Assembly (NCBI GenBank): GCA_038087875.1
Contig: CM075989.1
Span: 8,310,001 to 8,370,000, forward strand
DNA length: 60,000 nt
Source: Malacoraja senta
Taxonomy: Eukaryota
Direction: 5' to 3'
In this document: positions 1-12,320 of the stretch, one piece after another
Numbering within the stretch: position 1 is the stretch's first letter
Layout of the letters: the number at the start of each line of letters is the position of its first letter
Made by a program: the position numbers and the translations under genes
The notes under the pieces: model-generated
The model's input: only the letters and a program-made list of their open reading frames with translations
Databases searched by the model: none
Told to the model about the DNA's origin: nothing

Positions 1-345
1 GAGACAAAGACTGAGCGGCCAGGATAAGCCAGAGACCGCCAGCACCACCTCGTCAAGCCCAAAGCTGAGCCACCAGGACAGGCCTGTCACCACAGGCGCC
101 TCATCTCAAGGCTGCAGGGAGAAGCCTGAGATCACCACACCACCTCCTTCGAGACCAGGGTGGAACTGCCAGTACAGGGCCAAGATCACCAGCGCCACTG
201 CACATGCGGCCCGAGGACCAGGGACAGTGCCCCCATGCGGTCCTGGACTTTCTTGTTACTGTAAATAAAACATATTATGTGAGTTCACTGTACCGTGAGT
301 GTCAGTGTGATTATTGCCAATTCTGACGTCATCCCCGACTCCACA
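1..345 (+). mobile_element. Probable LTR 3' portion (LTR-retrotransposon remnant), cut by window start
   Basis: GC-rich with imperfect internal repeats (ccagagaccgccagcaccacc / cctgagatcaccacaccacc / ccaagatcaccagcgccac), AATAAA at ~263, ends ...CCACA where a CR1-type 3' fragment begins. Confidence 0.35.
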
Positions 346-1060
346 CCCTCTAAACCTTTCCTATCCATGTGCCTGACCATATGTTTTTTAAACGTTGTTA
401 TAGTACCTTTTGTGTGCTGTGTCTGTTGGTCTTTGTTCAAGATGGCGGTCGGAGGGGAGAGTGGACGCTGGCGCGGTTTGGCTGCCGCTGCTCTCTCCTC
501 AAATTGTGTTTCTTATTTTCTTTTTGTGCTTTTGTAATTGAATTCTGTCCTTGATTTGTGTATTGTGGTGTTTTTATATTTGATTTACTCCGATTATGTG
601 TTTTGTATTTTTGTGATTTTATGCCTTGTAAGGTGTCCTTGGGTGTTAGAAAGGCGCCAGCAAAAAAATGAATTATTATTATTATTATTATTATTATTAC
701 CTGCCTCATTTACCTCCTCTGGCAGCTTGTTCTGTATTACCACCATGTTAAAAAGTTGCCCCTTGGGTTCCTATTAAATCTTTCCCCTCTCACCTTAAAC
801 CTCTGACCCTGACTGATGAAGATCAGTGTACCAAAAGCCTTCCTGACCACCCTATCTACCTGTGATGTCATTTTCAGGGAACTATGTACGTGCATTCCTA
901 AATTCCTCTGTTCGACCATTCCTCTGCCCTGCCATTCACTGTGAAGATCCTGCCCGGGTTTGACATAAAAATGCAGCACCTTGGACCTATCTGCATTAAA
1001 CTTCATCAATCATTTCTCAGCCCACTTGCCCAGCTGATCAAGATCCTAATGTAATGTAGT
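346..1060 (-). mobile_element. Degenerate CR1/HER1-type LINE 3' fragments
   Basis: ORF 737-1009 has CR1 RT C-terminal motifs (MKFNADRSKVLHF, RNLGMHVHSSLK, FKVRGERF); interrupted by the insert at ~409-697. Confidence 0.75.
409..697 (+). mobile_element. Short non-autonomous retroposon with L2-like 3' tail
   Basis: 5' part has CAAGATGGCG; 3' tgtaaggtgtccttgggtg...gaaaggcgc plus (TAT)n tail; short tacct duplication at both flanks. Confidence 0.5.
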
Positions 1061-1761
1061 GCGGTGCCTTTGTAGTGGAATATTGCCTGCCTCAAAGACA
1101 TAAAACTAGATAATTTTAGGGCTAGCAAGGGTTTCATTCCACTGCACTTGGCTGACAGAATGGATCTCCAATGTTTTATTGATAGTAATCTTAAATTTAT
1201 ACACCATGGAGAAGATTAAAGACTCAAAATGTTCCACTTCCTTTTACAAATCTGGGACCAAAAATGGAAGGTTTTCAATATGTGCATTGTGACGTTACAC
1301 ACGATGATCTCACATTACCAGCTCATGGCTGGGCACTTTGGGGCATTTACTAAATCCTTTACATCTATTTTTTTTCTTCCTTTTCTCATCTTCTTCTTAG
1401 TCAGTCCTTTTTTATAATCTAGTGCTCAGAACTTACATGATAAAAAGAAATGGATCTGATGCAAAGTCAGTTCCTAATCACAGTTTCTCCAAGTCAAAAT
1501 CAATGTGAACTGTCAGATGCCTTTCTGTTTCCAACTACAATCGCCAATTCCCGACATGGCGTGAATGCAAAATTCAGGAAGCTGCAGCCCGAAGTGAGTA
1601 GCCTTGAATATTTCACTGGCTTTGAAATTATATAACACTCTTATGTAACAGGTGCAACATTTAAAGCATATCGGCTTCTAACATAATAACTCCCTTTTGA
1701 AAGAGGCTTTAAACAATCTTTTCTTGTTCTTGAATATGAATCCAAATAATGAAACTGTTAA

Positions 1762-1854
1762 AGGTACACAAAAATGCTGGAGAAACTCAGCGTGTGCAGC
1801 AGCATCTATGGAGCGAAGGAAATAGGCAACGTTTCGGGCCGAAACCCTTCTTCA
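1762..1854 (-). mobile_element. Penelope-terminus-derived short repeat with hammerhead-core motif
   Basis: Minus strand CTGAAGAAGGGTTTCGGCCCGAAACGTT; 11-bp TSD gaaactgttaa at 1751-1761 and 1855-1865. Confidence 0.7.
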
Positions 1855-2016
1855 GAAACTGTTAACGTGTTTGCGTGCAATTTCCTATTATTGTTGGTTT
1901 AACTCCCTTTTGAAGACGTTCCTTACATTGACATGAACATCTTGTTTTAAAGAGACCTCAGACCAAGCTGCTCATCCTACTACACAAATCACTGCGTGAA
2001 TTCAATGCCAGAGTAT

Positions 2017-2308
2017 GGCGGTGCAGCGGTAGAGTTGCTGCCTTACAGCGCCAGAGACCTGGGTTCGATCCCGACTACGGTGCTGTGTACAGAGTTTGTA
2101 CGTTCTCCCCGTGACCGCGTGGGTTTCCTCCGAGATCTACGGTTTCCTCCCACATTCCAAAGGCGTACAGGTTTGTAGGTTAATTGGCTTGGTATCAATG
2201 TAAAATTGTCCCTAGTATGTGCAGGATAGTGTTACGGGGATTGCTGGTCGGTGCGGACTGGGTTGGCTGAAGGGCCTGTTTCCACGCTGTATCTCTAAAC
2301 TAAACTAA
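2017..2308 (+). mobile_element. tRNA-derived V-type (HE1-like) SINE
   Basis: A/B-box-like head (gcagcggtagag...gggttcgatcc), V-SINE core gagtttgtacgttctccccgtgaccgcgtgggtttcctcc, (CTAAA)n tail. Confidence 0.85.
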
Positions 2309-2401
2309 GTATTGCAATTGAATGTTCTGATCGAGTTTTGGATGCTGAGTTCACCCTCTATGCTGAAGGACTGGAGATCATCTGTCAGCAAGGTCTCTCC
2401 A

Positions 2402-2766
2402 AGGTAGACACAAAATGCAGGAGTAACTCAGTGGGACAGGCAGCATCTCTGGAGAGAAGGGATGGATGACGTTTCAATAGACAATAGAAATAGACAATAG
2501 ACAATAGGTGCAGGAGTAGGCCATTCGGCCCTTCGAGCCAGCACCGCCATTCAATGTGATCATGGCTGATCATCCCCAATCAGTACCCCATTCCTGCCTT
2601 CTCCCCATATCCCCTGACTCCGCTATTTTTAAGAGCCCTATCTAGCTAGCTAGTTTCGGGTTGAGAGTTTCGGCTTCTTCAGAGATGTTGCCTATCCCGC
2701 TGAGCTACCCCAGTATTTTGTATCTACCTTCAATTTATACCAGCATCTGCAGTTCTTTCCTACACA
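2402..2766. mobile_element. Nested short repeats: Penelope-derived repeats with a HER1/CR1 3' end (2477-2650, minus) inserted
   Basis: (CAATAGA)n tail plus ggtgcaggagtaggccattcggccc HER1-type 3' UTR between two opposite-orientation gatgctgcc/gagttactcc repeats. Confidence 0.7.
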
Positions 2767-5700
2767 GCAAGGTCTCTCTATTTGATTGAATAATTTGGAA
2801 AAAAAATCCTGGGGGGTTTGGTATAATCAAAAAACACAAACATCAACTGATTGACTCCAAAGCTTGAATTCAGCTGAGAATGATATTGATGAGTTTCCAC
2901 TACATCAACCATGCTGCAACATCGATAACTCTGAAAGCAATGCCCACATCACAAAATAAATGGAGAAATCTGGAGAAGAGTGATTGAAATAGTTTTAAAA
3001 CGTTGCCATTACAGTTTTGATCGCATCAGATCTATAAACATTGTAATGGTAATATCATTTTCTTTGACCAATATAGCTATTACCAACCGTAATCTTTGTT
3101 CTGCACTAGTAATGAGGATCTCAGGTTTGGTAATGAGCACAGTTGCCGCCAATAGGCCACTGCTTTGTTATTTTGAGATTGATCAGAGTTTGCTTCAGTG
3201 TAAAAGCCAGCCATGAATCAGAGTGCTTAGACCCCGAGAGTCGTAGCCATTTTTCACAGCAAATGAAATTTGCAGTATTGTCATGCCATGAAATAGGAAA
3301 AAGAATCCCCTTGAATCCTATAATCTCCATTATCCAAGCATCTTGATCATTAATCTATTCGGTAATGCATTTCTATCGAATAGGGTCTTTATTTAGAGAC
3401 GTCCCTAGAAGCGACTGATCCATAGGTATTTTTCCTTTCAGAAAAGACCTGTTGAGGAGTGATATATTTCTTCTCACACTGACAAAGCACCAAACTGTTG
3501 GTTGTTGAAGTCACTGTAGCTGAATGGGGGGAGGAGGGGGGGGGAGAAAATAGTAACACAGGTATTCCTCCAATGTGGCAGTATTTCAAACTTTGGAATC
3601 TGTTTGTGGATTCAGCCATGCTGCACTGGATAATCTAGTTATCACGCTGACTTAAATTTTAAACCAAGGTTTTTTGTTTTACTGTTGATTATTGGACAGA
3701 AATCAAAAGAATGATCTGAGAGGGCCAGAATTTGACAGCCACCCACAGGCATATGCTGGGAGTAGGAGGAAAAGGAGGAATATGCTAAATAATGTTCTAT
3801 CTAAATCTGCTGCATGTAGTGAGGGAACATAATTAGTATCCTTTTAGTCCTAGCACTGATTGGAACAAATCTGCACTATGTTCTGTGCTCCCCCTCACAT
3901 TCCTTATATCACAACAATGCACTCGAAAAGTGCTTCACTGGCTCCAAAGAACTTTGGAAAGGCCTTGGGCAATGAGAGATATTATATAAATACAGCTTCC
4001 CTATTTTCTTCCGGTGGCAAACGTTGCTTGCCAGATAGCGATCAAAGAACTTACCTCAGAGGGTCAGATAGATAGGACACACACGCACACACGCACATGC
4101 TCACACACACACACACACACACACATCAATCCCCATGCATTATTAGTGAAATAGGTCGCAATTTTCTGCTTTATATAAACACTAGTGGCTCATATTTTCC
4201 ATTGCGCTCTGTTTGTTTCAGCTGTGTGATGTAAAGGGCCACCACACACACAAGACGTTACTGCCGCTGAATAGCCTGGAGGCTGGTGTGGGAACATACC
4301 ACAATGTGGGTGAGCTACTAATCAGCACTTATTATCCCTTGAATATTATCCTATTGTAACATAGAGAGAGATTGCAAAAGAGGTTGTTTAGACTTTTACC
4401 AGACATTCTGTTTACAAGAAGGATTCTTTTAATGTGAGTTGGAATGTAGATTATAGTATGTGCTAAGAGCCAGGAGGATTAATAACAGTTTACTCTTCAA
4501 GGGGCATGAATTTTAAGATCACAGTTGATGTTGTGGCTTGTTACTCTATAATTAAAAAACAAAGAGCAATAGATCAAAGAAGACTGCGGTTTTAAGGTAA
4601 ACAAATATTTCAGGCTAAGATTGTGTCTGCTGAATTGTGATGGACACCTAGATACAGACCTCAGTACAAGAGTCCGGAGAATTAAGGAGAAGACGCCATG
4701 AAAATATTTATGGATGCACTGTCCAATAATCTGGTAATCTATTTCCCTGGATTTGTTTAACATCATGCCACGGAAATGTAAATATATTGAAATAAATTGG
4801 CTCGACATTTTTTTCAACCAAGTTTTTTTGCACCACAGATCGTTTTGAATTCCTACTGATGGTCATCATCCTTGGATCTCTATGTTTACGTTTTATTATC
4901 CAGTAAAGACTCGGGTCCGAGAAAAAAGAGTTATGTGCGGGGTGGAGAAGGGAGTTCACTCCAGATTAATTCTGATTCCACTTCCAGCCAACTCCAGTTC
5001 AGCCCGTGGTATTCCTGGTCAAAGGGCACAGCACCAGCACCCGACTCTCCACAAGTACGTTCAGGCCAGAACCTGAGAAGTAAGAGGATACAAGTCACAT
5101 TATCTCCACTGAACTGTCTCTCGAACAGCCATTTCACCTCATGTAGCACCTCCCATCCACACAATGGTGCTCCGCAGTGGTGAAGGACACTTGTTTTGCA
5201 CCTGGAGCCCTGATGTCAATTAGGGCAGAAATATGTCAGAAGATGAGTTGAACGTCAGGATCTGTATATTTCAACTTTAGTAGGAGCAACGTTCACCAAA
5301 AATATTTAATTCCCATACTTGCCTGTATGAGTGCAACACCTACAATTCTCAAGAAGCACAACACAATAATCAGGACAAAGCAGCTCACTTGATCATCACT
5401 GCAACTAAGGCCCTGAACATTAATTCCCAACATCGTTGCTGCACAGCGGATGCAGTAAGTACTAGTGACAACTGCACTGTAGTTAGTCAACCAGGTTACT
5501 CCTTCTGCAAAGTAACGTGGGTAAGTCTGACAATGGTGCTGGCTGCCGAGCAAAGGATCTGCCTCAAATGTGTTTGATCATATCACCATCAAACACGTCA
5601 TTCAATATCACCACAGAATTAAAGCAAAAACTAAACTGATGGATGAAAGCAGCGGGTCAAGCAGCATCTGTGGTTGCAAAGGGGCGGTCGGTATTTCAGG

Positions 5701-6499
5701 TAGAGACCTGTCAACAGGACTGAGTGCTGACGCAGGGTTTTAGACCCGAAATGTCGACTATCCTTGCCTCCAGAGATGCTGCCTGACCTGCTGAGTTCCT
5801 CCATCAGATTTTTTGCTCCAGATTACAGCATCTGCAGTGTCTTGTGCCTTCACAACAGAACTAGAATGTTACAGACAGAGGAAGGAACTTCTGTCAACTG
5901 ACTACAAGCTGAAGCTTTGATCTGCTGCTGATTTTAAACCATAATTCTTAAAAGAAACAAATTAAATCCAATCACATAACATGAATCTTGTTTTTCACAA
6001 ACCCTGATATTGCCAGAACATTTCAACGAGCTGCAAACTGGGTATCCGTAGTCACTTTCTGCTTTTGTATGTTCGAGGGACATTTAGGCAGGCATTTAAT
6101 TACCATCTATGGTCTTGTCAGGATACATTTGTATTCCAATCACAGTCTTGAACTAGTCATTGAATGGAAGCATTTTAAAACAAAATTAAAAGGCAGGCAT
6201 GCATTGACTTAAATCCTTCAACATTGTTCACACACCAACATCCAACTAGACGACACTAAAATAACAAATGAGCCTCATCTAGTTTTGGTGGTTTTGGCTG
6301 AGAAAATTAATTTGATCAGCCCTTAAATTGTGCTCAGGGATATTTAAAGTTCATCTGGCTGTGCTTAAGTAATATCAGAAATTTTAAACTACACCGCAGA
6401 ATTCTGCACTCTTAATCCCAAACCACCATAGTGAGCTGGATATCAACTAATGACTAGACTGAGTACAGGAAGGAGTTGAGAACCTTGTGACTTGGTGTC

Positions 6500-7276
6500 A
6501 AGAAAACATCCTTTCTCTGAATGTCAGCAAGACAAAGGATTGTGATCGACGTTAGGAAGCAAAGCGCTACACATATCCCGGTATACTTGCGCCAAAGTAG
6601 AGATGGTTGAAAGCTTCAAGTTCCTAGGCATATTGAAGCAATGGCCAAGAAATCACTCCATGCCTCTACTTCCTTGGAAGACATAGGACGTTTGGCATGT
6701 CCCCAACAACTCTCACCAACTCCTATAGATGCACCATAGAAAGCATTTTATCGGGATGCATCACAGCATGGTTTGGGAACAGCTCCATCCAAGACCACAA
6801 GAAATTGCAGAGAATTGCGGTCACAGCCCAGACCATCACATAAACCAACCTCCCTTCCATTGACATCTACACTTCACGCTGCCTCGGCAAGGCCACCAGC
6901 ATAATCAAGGACCCTGGTAACTCCCTCTTTTCCCCACTCCCATCAGGCAAGAGCTACAGAAGTGTGAAAACACATTCCTCCAGATTCAGAGACAGTTTCT
7001 TCCCGGCTGTTAACAGACAACTGAACCATCCTACCAACAACTAGAGAGCGGTCCTGAGCTACTATCTACCTCATTGAAGATCCTTGGACAATCTTTAATC
7101 GGACTTTACTGGACATTAGCTGGCACTAAACGTTATTCCCTTTATCATGTATCCATACACTGTGAACGCCTCGATTGTAATCATGTATTGTCTTTCCGCT
7201 GACTGGTTAGCACGCAACAAAAAGCTTTTCACTGGACCTTGGTACATGTGACAATAAATTAAACTAAACTAAACTA
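6500..7276 (+). mobile_element. Rex1/Babar-type LINE 3' fragment
   Basis: Degenerate coding for FKFLG and YRCTIESILSGCITAWFG motifs; 3' gtgacaataaa and (CTAAA)n tail. Confidence 0.75.
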
Positions 7277-7394
7277 ATTACTTTCAAAATAATTCAGCAA
7301 CTATTTAAATGTAACCCCGCAGCCAGAAGCTCGGTTTAATGAGGTGCAGTCCCTCCGACAATTAGTGTTCTCAGTATTGCACTGCCCAGGTAAT

Positions 7395-8440
7395 TAGGAT
7401 TGTTACTAAGATTGATGAAGGCAATATGGACTTTAGTAAGGCTTTTGATGTAGTCCCACATGGCAGCCTGGTCCCGATGGGTTAAGGCACATGAGATCCA
7501 AGGTGATTGGAGGCAGAGGCCAGAAGTGCTAGAATGCTTTTTTTAATTGGAAGTCTGTAACCAGTGGTGTACATCAGGGAGACACAAAAAGCTGAGGTAA
7601 CTCAGCGGGTCAGGCAGCATCTCTGGAGAAAAGGTATAGGTGACATTTCAGGTCGAGACCCTTCTTCAGCACCAAATCAACGAGTGTTACCATTTCAGGG
7701 ATTATGTGGATTTGAACCCCCAAGGTCTCTCTGCTCACCAATAATCCTTAGTGCTCTACCATTGCTGTATATGTCCTACTCCCATCTGACACCAGGGACA
7801 GTGCTGGGAACCATGTTGTTTGTGATATATATCAATGGCTTGGATATGAATGTAAAAAGTACGATTAGTAAGTCTGCCGATGACATGAAGATTGATGGTG
7901 TCGTAGTAAGGAGAGTTCCCCCAAGGCTGCAGCTGGATTTAGATCAGATGGAAAGTTGGATAGAGCAATGGCAGGTGAAATTTAATCGCGACGAGTATTA
8001 AGCTAATGCACTTTGGGAAGTCAGATGGGGTAGGACATATACAGTAAACGGTAGAACACCAAGGAATGTTGGTGAACCTTGAGGTCCAAACCCATATAAT
8101 CCCTGAAATGGCAACTCAAGTTGATTGGGTGCTGAAGAAGGCATATAACATCTTGCCTTCATAGGAGCATCAAATATAAAAGTTGAGACGTTAAGTTACA
8201 ATTATATACCGCAACACGGCTTAGATTACACCAGGAGAATTGTGTGTTGTTTTGGATGTTACACCACAGAGTGGATGTGGTTGTGCTGCAGAGATTGGGG
8301 AGGAGAATCACCAGGATGTTTTCTGGATTGGAGGACTTTAGTTATGGGGAAAGATTACATCGGCTGGTGGTTTTCTCTGGATCAAGAAGGCTGAGGGGTG
8401 ACCTACGGACGCATGTAAAATTATAGGAGGTATAGAGAGA
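7395..8440 (+). mobile_element. Old degenerate CR1 RT fragment with nested short repeat
   Basis: GTVLGTMLFVIYINGLD..ISKSADDMKI..WQVKFN in ORF 7564-8001; RRITRMFSGL..YGERL in ORF 8244-8426. Confidence 0.75.
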
Positions 8441-8949
8441 TGGTTGATTGTTCAACAAAACATGTCAGGTTCCTGAGGTATTACTGAGTGAGATTATAAC
8501 AAATTCTCACAAATTCAATTAAATTGTCAAAGTGCCATCATAAAATTTGCTGCTGTACCCATTTGAGACATTGCAAGTAGAATTGAGCAACTATTTTTTT
8601 CATTTCCTCTTGACCCTGTAAATTACAAATGGAGAAAGCTACCTGTTTTGTTATAGGGTTTTGAACATCGTCAAAGCGGAGAAAGAATTTTCTCCTTGGG
8701 CTGCTAGACAATTGGCTACAAATATCAATTCCATACCTACCCCAGTTGCTGAAGAATTCTACAGTAGTGTAGCCCTCACTTTTGATGGTAGAATTGTCCC
8801 AGACTAGATCAGTATGATTTCCAAACCAACTATATCTGTGAGGGAAGGCAGATAGAAACATAGAAACATAGAAATTAGGTGCAGGAGTAGGCCATTCGGC
8901 CCTTCGAGCCTGCACCACCATTCAATATGATCATGGCTGATCATCCAAC

Positions 8950-10650
8950 TCAGTATCCCATACCTGCCTTCTCTCCATACCCTCTGATCCCCTTAGCCAC
9001 AAGGGCCACATCTAACTCCCTCTTCAATATAGCCAATGAACTGGCCTCAACTACCCTCTGTGGCAGAGAGTTCCAGAGATTCACCACACTCTGTGTGAAA
9101 AAAGTTCTTCTCATCTCGGTTTTAAAGGATTTCCCCCTTATCCTTAAGCTGTGACCCCTTGTCCTGGACTTCCCCAACATCGGGAGCAATCTTCCTGCAT
9201 CTAGCCTGTCCAACCCCTTAAGAATTTTGTAAGTTTCTACAAGATCCCCTCTCAATCTCCTAAATTCTAGAGAGTATAAACCAAGTCTATCCAGTCTTTC
9301 TTCATAAGACAGTCCTGACATCCCAGGAATCAGTCTGGTGAACCTTCTCTGCACTCCCTCTATGGCAATAATGTCCTTCCTCAGATTTGGAGACCAAAAC
9401 TGTACGCAATATTCCAGGTGTGGTCTCACCAAGACCCTGTACAACTGCAGTAAAACCTCCCTGCTCCTATACTCAAATCCTTTTGCTATGAAAGCTAACA
9501 TACCATTCGCTTTCTTCACTGCCTGCTGCACCTGCATGCCTACTTTCAATGACTGGTGTACCACGACACCCAGGTCTCGCTGCATCTCCCCTTTTCCTAG
9601 TTGGCCACCATTTAGATAATAGTCTGCTTTCCTGTTTTTGCCACCAAAATGGATAACCTCACATTTATCCACATTATACTGAATCTGCCAAACATTTGCC
9701 CACTCACCCAGCCTATCCAAGTCACCTTGCAGTCTCCTAGCATCCCCCTCACAGCTAACACTGCCCCCCAGCTTAGTGTCATCTGCAAACTTGGAGATAT
9801 TGCATTCAATTCCCTCATCCAGTTCATTAATATATATTGTAAATAGCTGGGGTCCCAGCACTGAGCCTTGCGGTACCCCACTAGTCACTGCCTGCCATTG
9901 TGAAAAGGACCCGTTTACTCCCACTCTTTGCTTCCTGTTTGCCAGCCAGTTCTCTATCCACATCAATACTGAACCCCCAATGCCATGTGCTTTAAGTTTG
10001 TATACTAATCTCTTATGTGGGACCTTGTCGAAATCCTTCTGGAAGTCCAGGTACACCACATCCACTGGTTCTCCCCTATCCACGCTACTAGTTACATCCT
10101 CGAAAAATTCTATAAGATTCGTCAGACATGATTTACCTTTCGTAAATCCATGCTGACTTTGTCCAATGATTTCACCACTTTCCAAATGTGCTGCTATCCC
10201 ATCTTTAATAACTGACTCTAGCAGTTTCCCCACTACCGATGTTAGACTAACTGGTCTGTAATTCCCCGTTTTCTCTCTCCCTCCCTTCTTAAAAAGTGGG
10301 GTTACGTTTGCTACCCGCCAATCCTCAGGAACTACTCCAGAATCTAAAGAGTTTTGAAAGATTATTACTAATGCATCCACTATTTCTGGAGCTACTTCCT
10401 TAAGTACTCTGGGATGCAGCCCATCTGGCCTTGGGGATTTATCGGCCTTTAATCCATTCAATTTACCCAACACCACTTCCCGACTAACCTGGATTTCACT
10501 CAATTCCTCCAACTCCTTTGACCCGCGGTCCCCTGCTATTTCCGGCAGATTATTTATGTCTTCCTTAGTGAAGACGGAACCAAAGTAGTTATTCAATTGG
10601 TCCGCCATATCCTTGTTCCCCATGATCAACTCACCTGTTTCTGACTGCAA
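8950..10650 (-). CDS. CR1 LINE ORF2 reverse transcriptase domain (open 566 aa)
   Basis: NYRPVSLTS, QHGF..KSC, YLDFQKDFDKVPH, GVPQGSVLGP, FADD, RTRGHS. Confidence 0.93.
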   Translation of the reverse strand: MQSETGELIMGNKDMADQLNNYFGSVFTKEDINNLPEIAGDRGSKELEELSEIQVSREVVLGKLNGLKADKSPRPDGLHPRVLKEVAPEIVDALVIIFQNSLDSGVVPEDWRVANVTPLFKKGGREKTGNYRPVSLTSVVGKLLESVIKDGIAAHLESGEIIGQSQHGFTKGKSCLTNLIEFFEDVTSSVDRGEPVDVVYLDFQKDFDKVPHKRLVYKLKAHGIGGSVLMWIENWLANRKQRVGVNGSFSQWQAVTSGVPQGSVLGPQLFTIYINELDEGIECNISKFADDTKLGGSVSCEGDARRLQGDLDRLGEWANVWQIQYNVDKCEVIHFGGKNRKADYYLNGGQLGKGEMQRDLGVVVHQSLKVGMQVQQAVKKANGMLAFIAKGFEYRSREVLLQLYRVLVRPHLEYCVQFWSPNLRKDIIAIEGVQRRFTRLIPGMSGLSYEERLDRLGLYSLEFRRLRGDLVETYKILKGLDRLDAGRLLPMLGKSRTRGHSLRIRGKSFKTEMRRTFFTQSVVNLWNSLPQRVVEASSLAILKRELDVALVAKGIRGYGEKAGMGY

Positions 10651-10665
10651 GGGACCTACATTTTT

Positions 10666-11451
10666 TTAAACTAATATCTTTTTTTTCACATATCTATAAA
10701 AACTTTTGCAGTCAGTTTTTATGTTCCCTGCCAGTTTTCTTTCATAATCTATTTTTCCTTTCCTAATTAAGCCCTTTGTCCTCCTCTGCTGGTCTCTGAA
10801 TTTCTCCCAGTCCTCCGGTATGCTGCTTTTTCTGGCTAATTTGTACGCATCATCCTTCGCTTTGATACTATCCCTGATTTCCCTTGTTATCCACGAATGC
10901 ACTACCTTCCCTGATTTATTCTTTTGCCAGACTGGGATGAACAATTTTTGTAGTTCATCCATGCAGTCTTTAAATGTCTTCCATTGCATATCCACCGTCA
11001 ACCCTTTTAGAATTAATTGCCAGTCAATCTTGGCCAATTCACGTCTCATACCCTCAAAGTTACCTTTCTTTAAGTTCAGAACCATTGTTTCTGAATTAAC
11101 AATGTCACTCTCCATCCTAATGAAGAACTCAACCATATTATGGTCACTCTTGCCCAAGGGGGCACGTACAACAAGACTGCTAACTAACCCTTCCTCATTA
11201 CTCAATACCCAGTCTAAAATAGCCTGCTCTCTCGTTGGTTCCTCTACATGTTGATTTAGATAACTATCCCGCATACATTCCAAGAAATCCTCTTCCTCAG
11301 CACCCCTGCCAATTTGATTCACCCAATCTATATGTAGATTGAAGTCACCCATTATAACTGTTTTGCCTTTGTCGCACGCATTTCTAATTTCCTGTTTGAT
11401 GCCATCCCCAACTTCACTACTACTGTTAGGTGGCCTGTACACAACACCCAC
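10666..11451 (-). pseudogene. CR1 ORF2 APE-endonuclease C-terminal half and linker, frameshifted from RT at a T homopolymer (~10661)
   Basis: VYRPP, MGDFN, ILDWVL, SDHN motifs. Confidence 0.9.
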
Positions 11452-12084
11452 CAGCGTTTTCTGCCCCTTAGATCATTTGCAACAATTCACAGCACCAACA
11501 TGCAGAGTTAGAGGATAATTAAACCTCCATCTAGCAAATATTGAAATGGTCTTTTTGTCAAAGATGCCACAGCATTTTAACACTTACTGATCAATTTGAA
11601 TGTATTTGCAGACTCTTGGATAAAGGCTTCTACTAGCTTGTAAGAAAATATCACAATGTCTTTGTTAAGCCTCTTTGGGAAAATTTGATTGTATTGACCG
11701 GAATAATGGGTATGGGTACAACTGGACTCAAGACAACTTGTTGTTGTATTAAATACTATCAGTAGGATAGAGGACTGCCAGAATCTTGTTCATATGTTCC
11801 AATAATCAGATGAAAAATTATTTTAAATAATACTACCATAGAATGGATAGAAATTAGTTTGACACAAGCAGATGAAGACATTACTCATGTTTAACGATGA
11901 TATCATGGTATGGTTTTAACCCAACATGACTTAATCCCATACTTAAAAAAACATGAAATAGTGAAACATTTCACTGCTTTAAACCACTATCCCTATAATG
12001 TATTTGGGAAGATGAAGAATTTTACGCTGGTTTACATTAAAGTTAGGGTGGTTACCTCTCATTTTCCTCATATTGTAAACATTA

Positions 12085-12320
12085 TCCTAGCTGAGAGAGC
12101 GTGCAGGCAAGGGACCCATTCTCTGCAAATTCAGCAGGCGCTAAGGGATGCACTGAAGCTCGATGGAGCCAATGCAAAAGCTTTGTGGGGAAAGACTGCA
12201 GTCTAAGGTCCACCTGCCGCTGCATCCTGAGTGACTAAGCCCTGTGTAAAAGCCTCTCAGACATCTGAAATTGGTATTGCCCCAAGCCTCATGAGTGGTA
12301 ATGGTGCTCTGCATGTAGAA
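12085..12320 (+). mobile_element. L1/Tx1-like LINE 3' end remnant
   Basis: ORF end LRDALKLDGANAKALWGKTAV* resembles Tx1-type ORF2 C-termini (recognised from memory). Confidence 0.5.

Larger units (their letters stand above)
8852..11470 (-). mobile_element. Young 5'-truncated CR1-clade (HER1-like) LINE
   Basis: Endonuclease C-terminal part plus RT ORFs, 3' UTR, (CTATGTTT)n tail at 8852-8873; near-identical to copy at 55475-57055. Confidence 0.95.

Noticed and set aside
1484..1593. Candidate plus-strand exon ending at GTGAGT
   Set aside because: Weak acceptor, unrecognised peptide.
2017..2080. tRNA-like sequences at SINE heads
   Set aside because: They continue into SINE core and tail and lack a complete cloverleaf; not tRNA genes.
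4904..5072. Candidate exons on both strands (plus 4904-5054, minus 4931-5072)
   Set aside because: Plausible splice signals but no recognisable protein and no frame-consistent partner exon.
9338..11254. Plus-strand ORFs over the CR1
   Set aside because: Antisense shadows of the LINE ORF2.
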